A stretch of 56,275 bases of DNA, counting the filler, from Catajapyx aquilonaris (Eukaryota), in the NCBI GenBank assembly GCA_000934665.2. It is 3 parts of 3 records of this genome, joined end to end, with 100 filler letters (N's around TTAATTAATTAA, not from the genome) between each part and the next. Parts side by side here need not be neighbours in the genome. Positions count along the whole stretch, not along the records: positions 1 to 18,685 come from JYFJ02006638.1; 2 more parts are not named here. One strand, written 5' to 3'. The position numbers were made by a program, and so were the translations under genes. Shown one piece after another: positions 1 to 12,035 of the stretch. How positions within the stretch are numbered: the stretch's first letter is position 1; the number at the start of each line of letters is the position of its first letter. Under the pieces are notes generated by a model that was not told where the DNA came from, ran no database searches, and saw only the letters and a list, made by a program, of their open reading frames with translations.

Positions 1-246
1 GTTCGAGGGCCGCTCACGGGCCTTACCAAGGCCTATCAGTACAGATACCATATCCACTCCACCACTACTGCTTCGGTCATTTTCATTATTACACGGGTTC
101 TTTCTATCTGCTGAGTCAAATTCCACACCATGCGAACAGTAGGCCTAAATGTAAAAGTGTGTTAAAGGAAACAGATGCAAATATATATTATATTCAAAAA
201 TGGAAAAGAAAGAAGAGGAACGACACTGTCTTATTCGAAGTGAAAT

Positions 247-527
247 ACCGAAGCAGGTTGGCATAGTGGATAAGGCGTCCGACTGCTAATTGGGAGGTCC
301 TGGGTTCGAATCCCGGGGCCGGCAACTCTGACCGTGGTTTTCTGTGGTTTCCCACGGTCCTTCCAGGAAAATTCCGGAGTTGCTTCCGTAATTAATAAGC
401 CACAGCCACTTCCTTCCGTCCCTATCCTATCCCAAAAGCGCAGTAAAATGAAAGCAAAGAGTTCCAGGCAAAACAAAAACTTTCCCCCTAAAGAGCCGAT
501 AGGCTGATAACGGGGTATGAATTATTA
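247..527 (+). mobile_element. tRNA-derived SINE, family A, copy 1, (ATT)n tail
   Basis: Pol III A box (TGGCATAGTGG) and B box (GGTTCGAATCC). Core GTGGTTTTCTGTGGTTTCCC...GCCACAGCCACTTCCTTCC. 16-bp TSD TTATTC(G/A)AAGTGAAAT at 231-246 and 528-543. Confidence 0.9.
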
Positions 528-1344
528 TTATTCAAAGTGAAATTGTGGTAAGCCTACATAATATATTCATCAGTGGCATACATCACAGGCGTTCCCTCAG
601 TGAAAATCTGTTACAATCGTCAATTGTGACCAATCAACATTAAACTTCCAACTTTGAAATGTGTTGGATGTCGCTTGCGAGCAGGTTCAAAATTCAAAGA
701 GGCCTTGAAACCTGGCCATAGTGAGGACTAATCAGACACACTTCATATGTGGTCGGATGCAAGCCTTCCAGGATATGCTACAGTACATATTTAAATCCCT
801 TAATCTCGGTAGTGACATGACTGACACCTTTGCATAAAGTAGCTTCTCATCCACAGGAGTTGTCTGTATACAGTTGTCTGTACAGTATTATGTTACAATA
901 TCGTGCGTGAATATAATTATATATCCACGCTGTATCCACGGCTATTCTGCCCGCATTGGTATTTCTTTCTTATGAATTCCCATGACAAACGGTCGCTCAA
1001 AATCTCTCTCAAATACGCAGATACTATAATTTTTATCTATTCCCATGTGAATTTGTGTCTGCCTGGTGTACAGATGTCGGCTAAGGAGGAAGGAGGAGAA
1101 ACTGATCAACCAAGTGAAGGTGAGAGGTCAGACCGATGGACCTTCTACTTCATGACTAGGGGCTGAGGATCACAAACCGCCAACTGACATTTAAAAAAAA
1201 ATGAGATAGGCGTGGCATATGGTTCTTAACACTTAGTCTAACTACCGACGTGAACCTGCCATACATTGGCTACGACGTGGGGTATTTTTTTCTACCCCAC
1301 GCGGTTTTCATTTTTTAACAAAATTGCCTTAATAGCACTAAAGC

Positions 1345-1600
1345 ACCGGGCGACACGGTGGCCGAGTGGTTAGCGCCGCAGCCTTCCACCTCTAAGGTCC
1401 CGAGTTCGATCCCCGGGTCGGACGGAGGATACTTATGTGGATAGAGTTTCGATGGGTTCTCTCCGTGTTCGCGTGGGTTTTCTCGGGGTTCTCCCGTTTC
1501 CTCCCACCATCAAAATCCATCACATTTCAGGCAAATGATTAAAGTCGGTAATTCAAAAGATGATCCCCTAAGAGGCCCAATGGGGCTATCACGGGGTATC

Positions 1601-1679
<79 letters not shown>
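1345..1679 (+). mobile_element. tRNA-derived SINE, family B, with V-SINE-like central domain and (ATT)~26 tail
   Basis: A box TGGCCGAGTGG and B box GAGTTCGATCC. Core GTTCTCTCCGTGTTCGCGTGGGTTTTCTCGGGGTTCTCCCGTTTCCTCCCAC. TSD ATAGCACTAAAGC at 1332-1344 and 1680-1692. Confidence 0.88.

Positions 1680-1680
<1 letters not shown>
1602..1680 (+). repeat. (ATT)n microsatellite forming the SINE tail
   Basis: Perfect ATT run of about 26 units. Confidence 0.97.
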
Positions 1681-1682
<2 letters not shown>

Positions 1683-2277
1683 GCACTAAAGCCATTCTTC
1701 CGCGCTAAATTCGGCCTATAACCTCCTGAAGCCCAGATTCTTTTTTTTAAATTTAAAACCAAATGGCTAGAGGGCTGTACGCTGGGCGTCAGGAGGGTAT
1801 TCTCATCTGTATGTGTAAATAAATTTGATCTCCTGTGACCATTAGTTGAGTCATAAGGGACTTGAAACTCCGTTATCGCACCTTCGTAGCCTGGCCAGCT
1901 CGATGCCGTAAGTAATGACTTATAACGTAAACATTCACAGCTGCAGGGTCTGCCATGTCTACGTCAAAAACCGCCATATGCGTGCGAAATCAGCGAAGAA
2001 ATAATGCAATAATTTCATCCACCATAGGCCTTTCGCATCAAAAAGCGCCAAATAAGCATGTATAGGAACCAAAACCCGCCAACTGCAACAAACAATGTTT
2101 AATTGTCGATGAGCGAATGCAAATTGATTTCAGATATAATAGCCTCTGCGCCTACCATACCGCTTACCAGAGTTGACCTCTGTAACTGTTATAATGAAAT
2201 GACAGGGTTTTCTCAAATATTTCAGTTTTACTCTACACTATTGTAGTGGGATGGTTTTTCATTGATTCTCAGCCTCT

Positions 2278-2550
2278 ACCGAAGCAAGTTGGTGTGATTG
2301 TTAAGGAGCCCGACTGCTAATCGGGAGGTCCTGGGTTCGAATCCCTGGGCCGGCAACCCTGACCGTGGATTTCTGTGGTTTTCCACGGTTCCCCCAGGAT
2401 AATTCCGGGGTTGTTTCCGTATAATAGGTCACAGCCGTCTCCTTCCTCCCATATCCTTGGCCCCATCTAATGGTGGTACTCCACCCCCCTCCCCCCCTAA
2501 TGGAGCGCTGTTTCTCCCAATGGGGTATAAATAAATAATAAATAAAAAAA
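2278..2550 (+). mobile_element. tRNA-derived SINE, family A, copy 2, (TAAA)n tail
   Basis: Same ACCGAAGCA head, A/B boxes and core as 247-527. TSD TGATTCTCAGCC(T/C)CT at 2263-2277 and 2551-2565. Confidence 0.9.
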
Positions 2551-4366
2551 TGATTCTCAGCCCCTCACTTACAACACGAAAAACTGGTTTCAGTATGGTT
2601 CTACATCCATCTCTCACTATCTCTCTATCTGATTGCTCAGTCCTTGCAGAGTAGCTCGGCATTCCCATCATACGACTAGCTATGAAATTTAATATTGTCA
2701 ATTATTTATTTATGTTGTTATTTTCCGAAAGAAACTTGAAAAGCAACTGTCTAATAATATAGGCTAAGTACTGTCTTTGCGATGTACAAAATGGTTCACT
2801 GTTCAGGTTTTGATTCCAAAACTAGACGCACGATTCATTCCAACCCCAGAAGCGATGCAGCGAGTATACGCTTGGCAGGTGGTACCCCTGTCACAATGTG
2901 GCACGTCAGTGCACCAGGTATTTTCAATATCGCACCGGTGCAAAGATCGACTGGTAAGTTTAGAAGAGTTGTCGATGTGAAGATAAACTCGTTCAGGGAT
3001 AAGATGCTCAGAATCCCTGCCTCGGCATATAATACATAAGATGCATTAACACCATCATGAGAAACGCGTTTGAAGTACATTTGAAATGCAATTGAGAGAC
3101 GAGACCACCCGTTGACACTAGGGTCTCACTCCAGGCGAACTACACCAAACGCGTTTCAAATTGGCGCACTCCGACTGCGCATCGAACCCTCAAACGTGCC
3201 TTCGAACTGTTGTGGAAAAGATGGCGTGCATGCCCAGCCGGTTGGCACCCATTTCATAATCCCACAGATCAGTAATGAAACGGACATATCGACAAACAAG
3301 GAGTCGTACCAGTTCGAGCACAAAGTAGTGCTTCTCAAAAATATTTACAAGTCGTGGTCCATGTAGGTCCTCCCTGTGTCCTCCTATCGTAAAGGCAACT
3401 TGTACCTTATAAATTTATACCATTTATAAAAGATGATTAATGAAGGGTAACATCAAAAATGTTATTCTGTGATCTAAACAAAATTATTATTAATGCTCAG
3501 TAATGCATATCCGACTGATCCATCCATGTGCGATTAAATTATTTTGATTTATGTTAGCGGCTACGCTTCGCTACGTGCTAGAGGAATCTTAATTATTGTG
3601 TAATGGGCATGTAGTGATAATTCCCGGCAATGGCAGGTCTGGAAAGCCGTACAGGTTCACGTTTGTATCTCAAGTCAGGCACAGCCAGGCTGGAGAGTAA
3701 TTAGACCCGAATGAAAACGGTACAATCTCCTCCCATAACTGTAATAAGTGCTAGAAACACTGTGCCGTATAATATCATAGGCAGTTATGGACGCTAATGA
3801 AATGCGCAAAGGCACGTAACAGCGTTATTGGGAGGCATAATACCAGTTATGGCTAAGAGAAAAGCCTCTCAACTACCTGCTGTAAGTCAGTCAACAGTGC
3901 AACAACAGTGCAACAGGGGGGTAGAACAGTGCATTAAAATCCTTGTAATCGTAAAGCGACATATCGTAGGCCATCTGGCGGGTGTTGTAGGAACTGAGCA
4001 GGGGTATTCGCATCTGCTCCTTCTCCTCTCTTCTCCTTCTCCTCCTCCTTTTTGCGTTGGCTGTCGCCATGATTGCGGGGGAAACAAAACCACTCGATAA
4101 ATCTGGCGGCAGTTGAGCTCTGGGGCCTTTGAGCGAGCAGGAAATTAAACGTGAGAGCCTGAGCCGAATTCCAGGAGTAGCGCCGAATGTCGGCAACGCG
4201 CAAGGAAATGCCTCCGGGAAAAGCAACCAAGAGAGAGCCCAGTCACAAGACCCCTCCATCAAAATGCCTTTGTGCTATATGCTCCTATCCCTCCCCTCCA
4301 CTTGCCAGAGCACATTTTTTTGCTGCCAACCAGACAGGTCACTCACAGCTAAGATGTGCCTGCATT

Positions 4367-4671
4367 CCTATCCCGCTACAGCTGATCAAATTATATCTTT
4401 TTATAGTACCAGTCCGGCTGGAAGGCAAGTGCCTACGACAGCATCTCAAAGTCACTGCAGAGTCATGTTACNAATCTGTGAATCACCATCTGAATCAATG
4501 AATCAGTGTTGAATCAGGCGATTCATTGAATCTCGTACAAAAAATCTTCGAATGGCGGACCCCTCGCCTATCCCGCTACAGCTGATCAAATTATATCTTT
4601 TTATAGTACCAGTCCGGCTGGAAGGCAAGTGCCTACGACAGCATCTCAAAGTCACTGCAGAGTCATGTTAC
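4367..4671. repeat. Exact 105-bp direct duplication (4367-4471 = 4567-4671) flanking a single N; probable assembly or haplotype overlap
   Basis: The two copies are identical and the N at 4472 directly follows the first copy. Confidence 0.85.
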
Positions 4672-7600
4672 TCGTACCCACATAAATGACATATACTATT
4701 TCAGTACATCCTAGGTAACGTACTACACTCCAACATTATTGGGTCTAATGCAAACTTCTCTAATAAATGTGATTCGATCTTCTTTGAAATACCACCATGT
4801 GCGAGAACAGTATGGTCGAAAAATTGTGACAATGACGTGTCCAGTATTCTGTCGTCATTGTTTTCTTGTGGAATGACCACAATAAAAAAGTAACCCAGCA
4901 TCATCACATGTAGTTTTCAGGCATTCGAAAACACTGATTATACCTAAGCAGTAAGATTTAGAGGAACAATATTGGAAGCTACTTTCTCGGTGTAATGGAT
5001 TCGATATCGCCAACATCCGCCCGGGATTTCCCTTTCGGCTGCGTCGGGAAGGTCTCTGACCCCCGCCTTGGAGGCGTCTGGCAACATACCTCCAGGGAGA
5101 CTGCACATGACCCAACGTTGAGACATTGCACGTGCACCCTTGTCTCCTCCCCCCCCCCAAAAAAAAAGAGCTGAGTTCTCTCTAACGGGGTAAAGAAGTT
5201 AAAAAATAACAAATATATAATAATCGCCAACATCAATAGTGAGTGATTTTGTGTTGTAATATCTCAAGGAACCTAAACCCGAGAGGAAGTGTCTCATCAC
5301 GGAACCTGATTCAAATTGAAATCTTATACTGCCGAGTCATAAAAATAATGGTAAGATATAATGCACCATTTCGCGATTAATCAAGTGCTGTAGAATGAAT
5401 TCATAATTATCATTGTCAGATACATTGGCATATAGGAAGTCGAGCAAGGCTCAGACTTCCAATAAAAATTCCTGCGAATGTACTTCTGCAGTATAGCAAT
5501 TCTGTATTTACTTATTCACCATATACTACTGTAATTATTCCAGGCCTTTCAAAACATTACCGTTTAATAATTTCTTACCCAGTGGACGGCTATACTTAAA
5601 GTACTGTAATAATTGAAAATCATTTCCCGTATTTGTGGTATAAAACGACAGTGCCCTTGCGGTATTTAAAAATCTGTCTCTGCTGTGCAAAATACGGAAA
5701 AGCCTTAATTAACTATATCCCTCCGAGCGATCTGGTCGTATTCTCATATACTGTATACTGAATCGTAGTTACATGTACAAAGCATAATACGAATTACTGT
5801 GATATTTTTTATTTGGATCCGGTTAAGTTTGTAGAGATTTATTCTGTAAAAAAGTAGTCAATTTTTTTGAAAATGCCCCCATCTGGTAGCACATAAGTTA
5901 CAAATGTTTATTGCGGCGAAGATAAGCTTCACTTGCATTTGAACGGGTAAAGTCAGATTGGAAGCATCATCTTTCTTCCCTTTTTTGGCAGAATGGTAGG
6001 GTGGAGGTGAGTGAGAGGTGTGGGTGGGGTTAGAAAAAGGAAGAAAGACGGAGCTAGGAAGGGATAGGGGGGAAGCGGTGCGTCGCAAATTACAGTCCAC
6101 TTTAGGGAGGCTTCCGGGAGAGGACTGCAAGCACTGATTTTCTGGAATTGAGAAAGTGTAATCGCGGTCCGACAGAGCCCAAGAGCTTCCCTTTCCCTTC
6201 AATTTAATAGCGCATAAAGACAGATTTATCCCGCAGATTGCGCGCGATGGGAACCTAACTCTTTCCTCATTTTTCTTCCTCTTCCTCACCAGAAATCTTT
6301 CCTCAAGATGTGATTTGCTATTGCGGCACAATTTTATTACAGAACCTGCCTGATTACTATCTCCATCTCTAACATCCTGCTTTGGGGACACTTTCACCTC
6401 CAGCACGTGATGAGAACCACCAAAGAAGAAGAAAAGTGTGGCTAGGGCCAAACTTTCATAATTGAAGCGGCAATTCAATTAGGATCTTGGAGATATGCTT
6501 CAGAGCACTTTTACAGGTGAACATTTTCAGGATGTAAACGGTGCTCTGCCACAATATTATTTAGAAATGCTTCCGGGGAAACACGAAGTTTCGCTCCGTA
6601 CTCGTGTAGAGTTTTCATCTCACATACAGTATAATTGATTTATGTGAGAGTGAAGTTTTTCCACGACCGTTTTAAAAGTAACTGGACGGTATCACTATTA
6701 TTTACCGGTTTATATGTATTACTCCAATACCTTTGTGACAAATCAGTTTTTCGAATCTCGCGCCACTATTATTTTAACTTTTTTTGACTGAAACTGGCCC
6801 CCAGTAGATGGCTGCGGATGTGGTGCCTCCTAATGGCTGGCTGGGAAAGCTCCTACACATCACGCATTGTTGGCAGTCATATTCCAAGTTTGCACAGTGC
6901 GAGGATTGTTGGCTCTACGTTCGACTACTTTCCATAATAGCAACCGGCACAAGTCCGAAGAGGGTAAAATGTTTAGATATTTTTTGAATATACAGCAGTG
7001 ATATTGACTAACACTTGATAAAAGCTGGTGCAAGATTGAACTTGTTTAGTAGGAGATACGAGGGTGTTACCGGGTCGATGAATTTCGTACTGTTGCGGGG
7101 GTGACTTTTTAACTTGTCACAAAGTCAGAAAAAGGATATTTCAAGTTTCGACCAATTAATTTGTCGGTTCTTTTAGGGTACGGTACCACTCGAAATTATA
7201 GGGACCCCATAGATAATCCACGAAAATCAGCCAATGAGAACTTACGTGAATTAACCCATTTGTTCCTAGCGAGGATAACGAGAGGAATGTGTTTATGGAA
7301 TTAGTTTCCCCGTAAGGTGTAACCAGAAAAATGTGCGTGGCATTCCATCGCTCACTGCTCGGTCACATGTCCAAGAATTGTGAATTTTTCTGATTACATT
7401 TTAGAGGATAACTAATTCCATAGACGCATTCCCCTAGTAATCCTCTTTCATTTGATGCATATTTTTATTGGGGTTTCACCACTTCCACTAACCGAAAAAA
7501 TTATCTATAAAGGCCTCATTTTCAGTATTTTCCGGAATTTCGCGATATTTTCCGTCCCAACGGTAGGCCTATTGCGTAATTTGGCTGGAACTTGACATGA

Positions 7601-8417
7601 CGTGTTACGGCATAGTCATGTACAGCGGTGATATTTTTCAGCAAATTTCGAGATGGACTAGCAACATTTCGGCTATTCGGCATACTTGATTCGGAATGGC
7701 CCAAATACAGTATTTTGAGGAATTTGGTTTTTTGACTGCAACTGCCCCGAGGTCAACAACAAATCCCAGACAAAAGAAATGCTCAATAATGAGTTACCAG
7801 TGACCTGAGGAACATGGAAATAGCGATAAATTTCCATTGACAAAAATCGTGTTGCATAATGTAATATGTGCTGTTCTCGAAAAACTTGCAAAACTTGGAG
7901 GCTCTTTCGACAAATGAAGATGAAGTACGAAAATGATAAAAAATTCACCAGCGTTACACTAGTCCATACACAACTTTTGACACCCCGTGCTATTTAATTG
8001 GACAACTTTCATGTTTTTCGCTTCACCCTAGTGTACATCCCGAGCAATTCCGAGGTTGTCAAATCTCTTTCTCACGCCCTTCGTAGGCGCAGCCCCAACA
8101 CGCCCCCTCTCCTAACCGGGGCGTTCACGGCTGCTTACAAAAGGTGAATAGCAAGACGACGAAAATAATTATTCCATATTTTTAGTAAGCTATTAGCAGC
8201 TGCTAAGTATCAGTAGGCTACTGCTTTGTCACTACTAATGAAAAAGTCGAAAATTCCACCGAAAGACAATGATGCACTATTATCATACGGCTGTTATTCA
8301 CTATTTTACAAGTTCCAACTATCTGAAGCTCATCATTCTGTAATAATAATCAGTCACACTTCATTCTCTAAACGTATCCTCACTGAAAATATTTCACAAC
8401 ACTGAGGAAGATATACT

Positions 8418-8645
8418 TTATAATTGATATTAAGGAGGTTGGCCCAGCATTGCCTTTCAACCTCCAAGGATAGGGAAGGAAGGAAGCGGCTGTGGCCTAT
8501 TATACGGAAGCGACCCCGGAATTATCCTGGGGGGAACGTGGGAAACCACAGAAAACTACGTCAGGGTGGCCGGCCCCGGAATTCGAACCCAGGACCTCCC
8601 GATTAGCAGTCGGACGCCCTATCCACTATGCCAACCTGCTTCGGT
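8418..8645 (-). mobile_element. tRNA-derived SINE, family A, copy 3, hairpin tail
   Basis: Reverse complement of the family A head and core. TSD GAGGAAGATATACT at 8404-8417 and 8646-8659. Confidence 0.9.
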
Positions 8646-9121
8646 GAGGAAGATATACTGTATGTGTCTCTCTACTCCCCTCCCAAGTCTGCGTTTGCCA
8701 TGAGCTCTGGTGTCTGTGTTTTCGTTGGAATTAGCGTACCTCAAGAAAGAAACACTTCATTACATGAGTAGAAGGCTATGAATAAACTGAACTCATTTTG
8801 TATGGAAAATTAATATGAACAATATGCCTACAATATTATTCTAATTATGCGTGGTTCCAGCATCCAGTGGTGAGGATTCAGACAGTTGCGAGTGAGGCGA
8901 ACTTCACAAAATCATAAGAGTGTCCGAAGCCTCTCCCTTTTGCGCATAATTACAATGACTGCTACCAGGTTAAAACCAAGTCACGTATAGTGTTGCATGC
9001 ACTTCAAAATTTAGTTATGTTAATTACGTACTTCCTCTCCGTAACATCGTGGGAGTAGACGGAATTGAGGGAACTATTAATTTATTACGGAATCACATCA
9101 GATAATAGACTGACTTCTGTA

Positions 9122-9332
9122 CAGGGTGTTTCAACTTTTCTGTCAGAAGAGTTATCGGAAATATTGCACTAAGCTGCTTTGTAAGCAGTGTATGCCACTT
9201 CAACTTAAGATTCGCAGGGAATGTTCCCAATTCCTCCGACAAAGCGGTTGCAAGTAGGCTACTGCTTACAAAGTAGCAGCTTATAGTGCAATATTTCCGA
9301 TAACTGTTCGGACAAAAAGTTGAAACACCCTG
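9122..9332. mobile_element. Tc1/mariner-type MITE
   Basis: TA|CAGGGTGTTTCAACTTTT...AAAAGTTGAAACACCCTG|TA with about 70-bp imperfect TIRs. Confidence 0.85.
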
Positions 9333-9767
9333 TACATCGGAAATGATTTTTCTTCCATATTGCATGTTTTGACGTCGTGATAGACTCGTCAAAAGTGTAG
9401 CCTATACTGCTTCTGAGAGAGGGTGGAAAATCGCTTCCAACTAGCAGAAATAACGAGGCTATCTGGATCCTTCCTTTCTTCGAACCATTCCTGATCCTCC
9501 CCATTAGTAGATACAACTATACATTTCCGTTATGCAGTATTAGGCAGCATACTCGAGGCTGGGTTCTGCCAGTTACTTTGGCTTAGTTTACACGCAAGTA
9601 TGTGGTATGTCTTATCTTTGAAGCCATTAATAAACTGTTATATTCTTAATAATTATACTGTAATTCTTACCATCAGTTATCTTCTTTCTATAATGACCAG
9701 ATTTTTTTAAACCTGTAGTGAAGAATGATATTCGAGTCATAAAATACAGTGCACTATTTACTTATAA

Positions 9768-10994
9768 TCTCTATAATATTAAAATCCTTCGTTGTATGGT
9801 ATGCCTTCCGATTGGCCCGGGCTGTTTATTGTTACCACGCCTCTTCCGGTTGGCCCTCGTTCTGCGCCTGCGCAATGGGTGGAGGAACTCCTCAGTCGTT
9901 TGCTGGAAGTCGACGAGTACACATCCGGCCAGCGATTTTGATGAGAACAGCTATCTCATTGTTGCTTTTAACAATTCAGTAATTGTTTATATGGCAGTTT
10001 CAAACATTTTCCTATCGAGAATAATGTAAATCATCATTTAGCCACGTGACAATTCATTTGGACATCCATACACGACAATCAAAATTCTGAAACTTGCTCT
10101 TTCCTCAAAGCATTTAAAAATGGAAGCCTCTTTCAACTTAATGTGGTTTATCTATTTTAATTGGTCATTGACATCGGTATATATTATTGCCTAGGTAGAG
10201 TCCTTGACTACGTCTTTCTCATAACATGTGATATGAATGTTCAAAGCAACAATATCGGTGAAATTTTGTTGCCGATTCAGGTGACTGCATTTTCGGAACT
10301 CGTTTGGCTCACAAAATGTATTTATATTTGGCTAATACCCAAAATCGTCCATCCAGATTTAGAGTAAATCTTAAGAAAACATTTCAGGCTTCATTTTAAG
10401 TGCAATGCAAAATTATTTTGAAATGTCCAGAATTGAGAAAAATACAAATCAAATTTTGGGCGTCATCTTTAATTCGAAATTTTGACTTTTTTACATACAT
10501 GATTCCCACCACCAGAAAGGGTGTTAAAATATCTTACCAACCCAATAATCACATCTGCATGAGGGTGCCCCGAAGTGCAACAAAAGAGAACGAGCCAGCA
10601 AAGATGGCGAACGTGGCCGGATGGAATAAAATATCTCCTCAAATATTACATATTTTCTGGTTTTATTTTTGTAAACTATACCTCTGATATAGCCTACACC
10701 TCGGGACATGTTTTTAATTTACTGAATATGTTTGAGTTATGAGCACTTTTATGGCAAAATCCTCGCTACCGGCCGTGTCCGAATACATAAATTCCTGGTA
10801 ACGACATAATATATTATTTCCCAACCAATGCAAAGGTAGGGTTTCAGATGGGTAGAAGACTAGAAGTGTATGGAATCACGGATACGTGAATGCACCTTAA
10901 AACGGAGGAACAGGTGGGGGTATCGTAGGATTGGGGGATGGCCATCATCACTGCATATACATCCGAAGCGATTAAAATGTGAGGGTTTTTCTAG
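9768..10994 (+). mobile_element. Non-autonomous Helitron, copy 1
   Basis: 5' A|TCTCTATAATATTAAAATCC and 3' GTGAGGGTTTTTCTAG|T, no TSD. Subterminal blocks (CTTAAAACGGAGG, ATGGCCATCATCACTG) are shared with 11514-12035. Confidence 0.7.
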
Positions 10995-11513
10995 TGTGCT
11001 GTATAATAGATCATTTTTCCCGCATCTTTCAGATGGTGTTCTGAAGAGTGTAAAAACCAAATGTTAACCTGTTTTATCTCAAGACATCTCAAGCACATCG
11101 CAAGCCACTTGAAAGGGCCACCTTCCAACGTATTTTTCAACTGCTATCTATCTTTGGTGCACTTTTTACGCGTCATAATCAGGAACTAGTTGATCCATCA
11201 TATTTTTCCTCTCACATTCACACCCCTCTGAATACTGCAATCACAAATCTTTCGTTTTTACTTCTAATTTTTCGGATCCATTTTTATCAAGTCGCCGGCT
11301 GTAAAAGTCCCTTATTCCCGTAGTCAATAATTGCCTCGTCTCTATCGAATAGTCATTCATCTCCGACGATCCTTTTTGTACACATCATTCAGCCACCTTC
11401 ATATCATTTAGAATTCACATTCAACCTAGATGTTTTTCGACTAATACACTAGGGCAACTTCTTCGGTTGCATGCTTCTCATTGAAATGGCCATTCGTCGG
11501 GGCCATTTTATTA

Positions 11514-12035
11514 TCTATAATATTAAAATCGTAGTGGGCATATGTCTTGGCCCCCTCTATTACCCCTACAAGTTTGTAGACTGAATTTAGAAACTCCCCA
11601 CAGCATCAGAACTCTTTGGTTGCCACAGTTTACTCACATTATTGTTGAGGTCATTTCTATGGAAACTAGAAAAGGGGGAGGTTCCAGAAGTGCATTCTAT
11701 GATGTCCTTTGACTATAGATGGGGGAAGGCGTTATGGCAACGGGACAGGGCAACAACATACTGCCTTCTGTTGTTGTAGGCTACAGCATTTGGTAGACTC
11801 ACTGTCAGTTAGCCAGCTGGCTGCGGAGCCACCTTGCTCTACACTACAGTATTTTTACAACTGTGCGCCCTTAAAACGGAGGGCAGGCGGGAGGAAGGGT
11901 GGTGGAGGGTAGTTTGCAGGTGGTTTTTGGATCCATGGCCATCATCACTGGCTAAGTCCAAAGCGATTAACAGTATGGCCTCCAACACCATAGGTCGCAG
12001 GCCTAGAAAAAAGTGAGCGAAGCGAGTTTTTGTAG
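11514..12035 (+). mobile_element. Non-autonomous Helitron, copy 2
   Basis: 5' A|TCTATAATATTAAAATC and 3' TAGGTCGCAGGCCTAG...GCGAAGCGAGTTTTTGTAG|T. Ends are shared with the other two copies. Confidence 0.7.

Noticed and set aside
253..330. tRNA-Ser(GCT)-like genes (also at 2281, 8570-8645, 1349, 38671 and 56200-56275)
   Set aside because: No proper acceptor stem; each continues into a SINE core and tail, mostly with TSDs.
2777..3400. Coding-like stretch with weak hints of Helitron RepHel (LDARF..PEAM.R) or LINE (AFQMYFKRV..VLYAEAG)
   Set aside because: The hints conflict, lie on opposite strands and are broken by stops; it cannot be assigned without a BLASTX search.
4367..4671. 105-bp direct repeat as LTRs or a real duplication
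   Set aside because: 100% identical, abuts a single-N join, and has no TG...CA ends or primer-binding site; likely a contig overlap or alternative haplotype.
4786..4875. KYHHVREQ peptide resembling Copia RNase H
   Set aside because: Too short, and the flanking motifs (KHID, ADxLTK) are absent.
5858..6478. 206-aa minus-strand ORF
   Set aside because: Non-ATG start, low-complexity composition and no recognisable domain.
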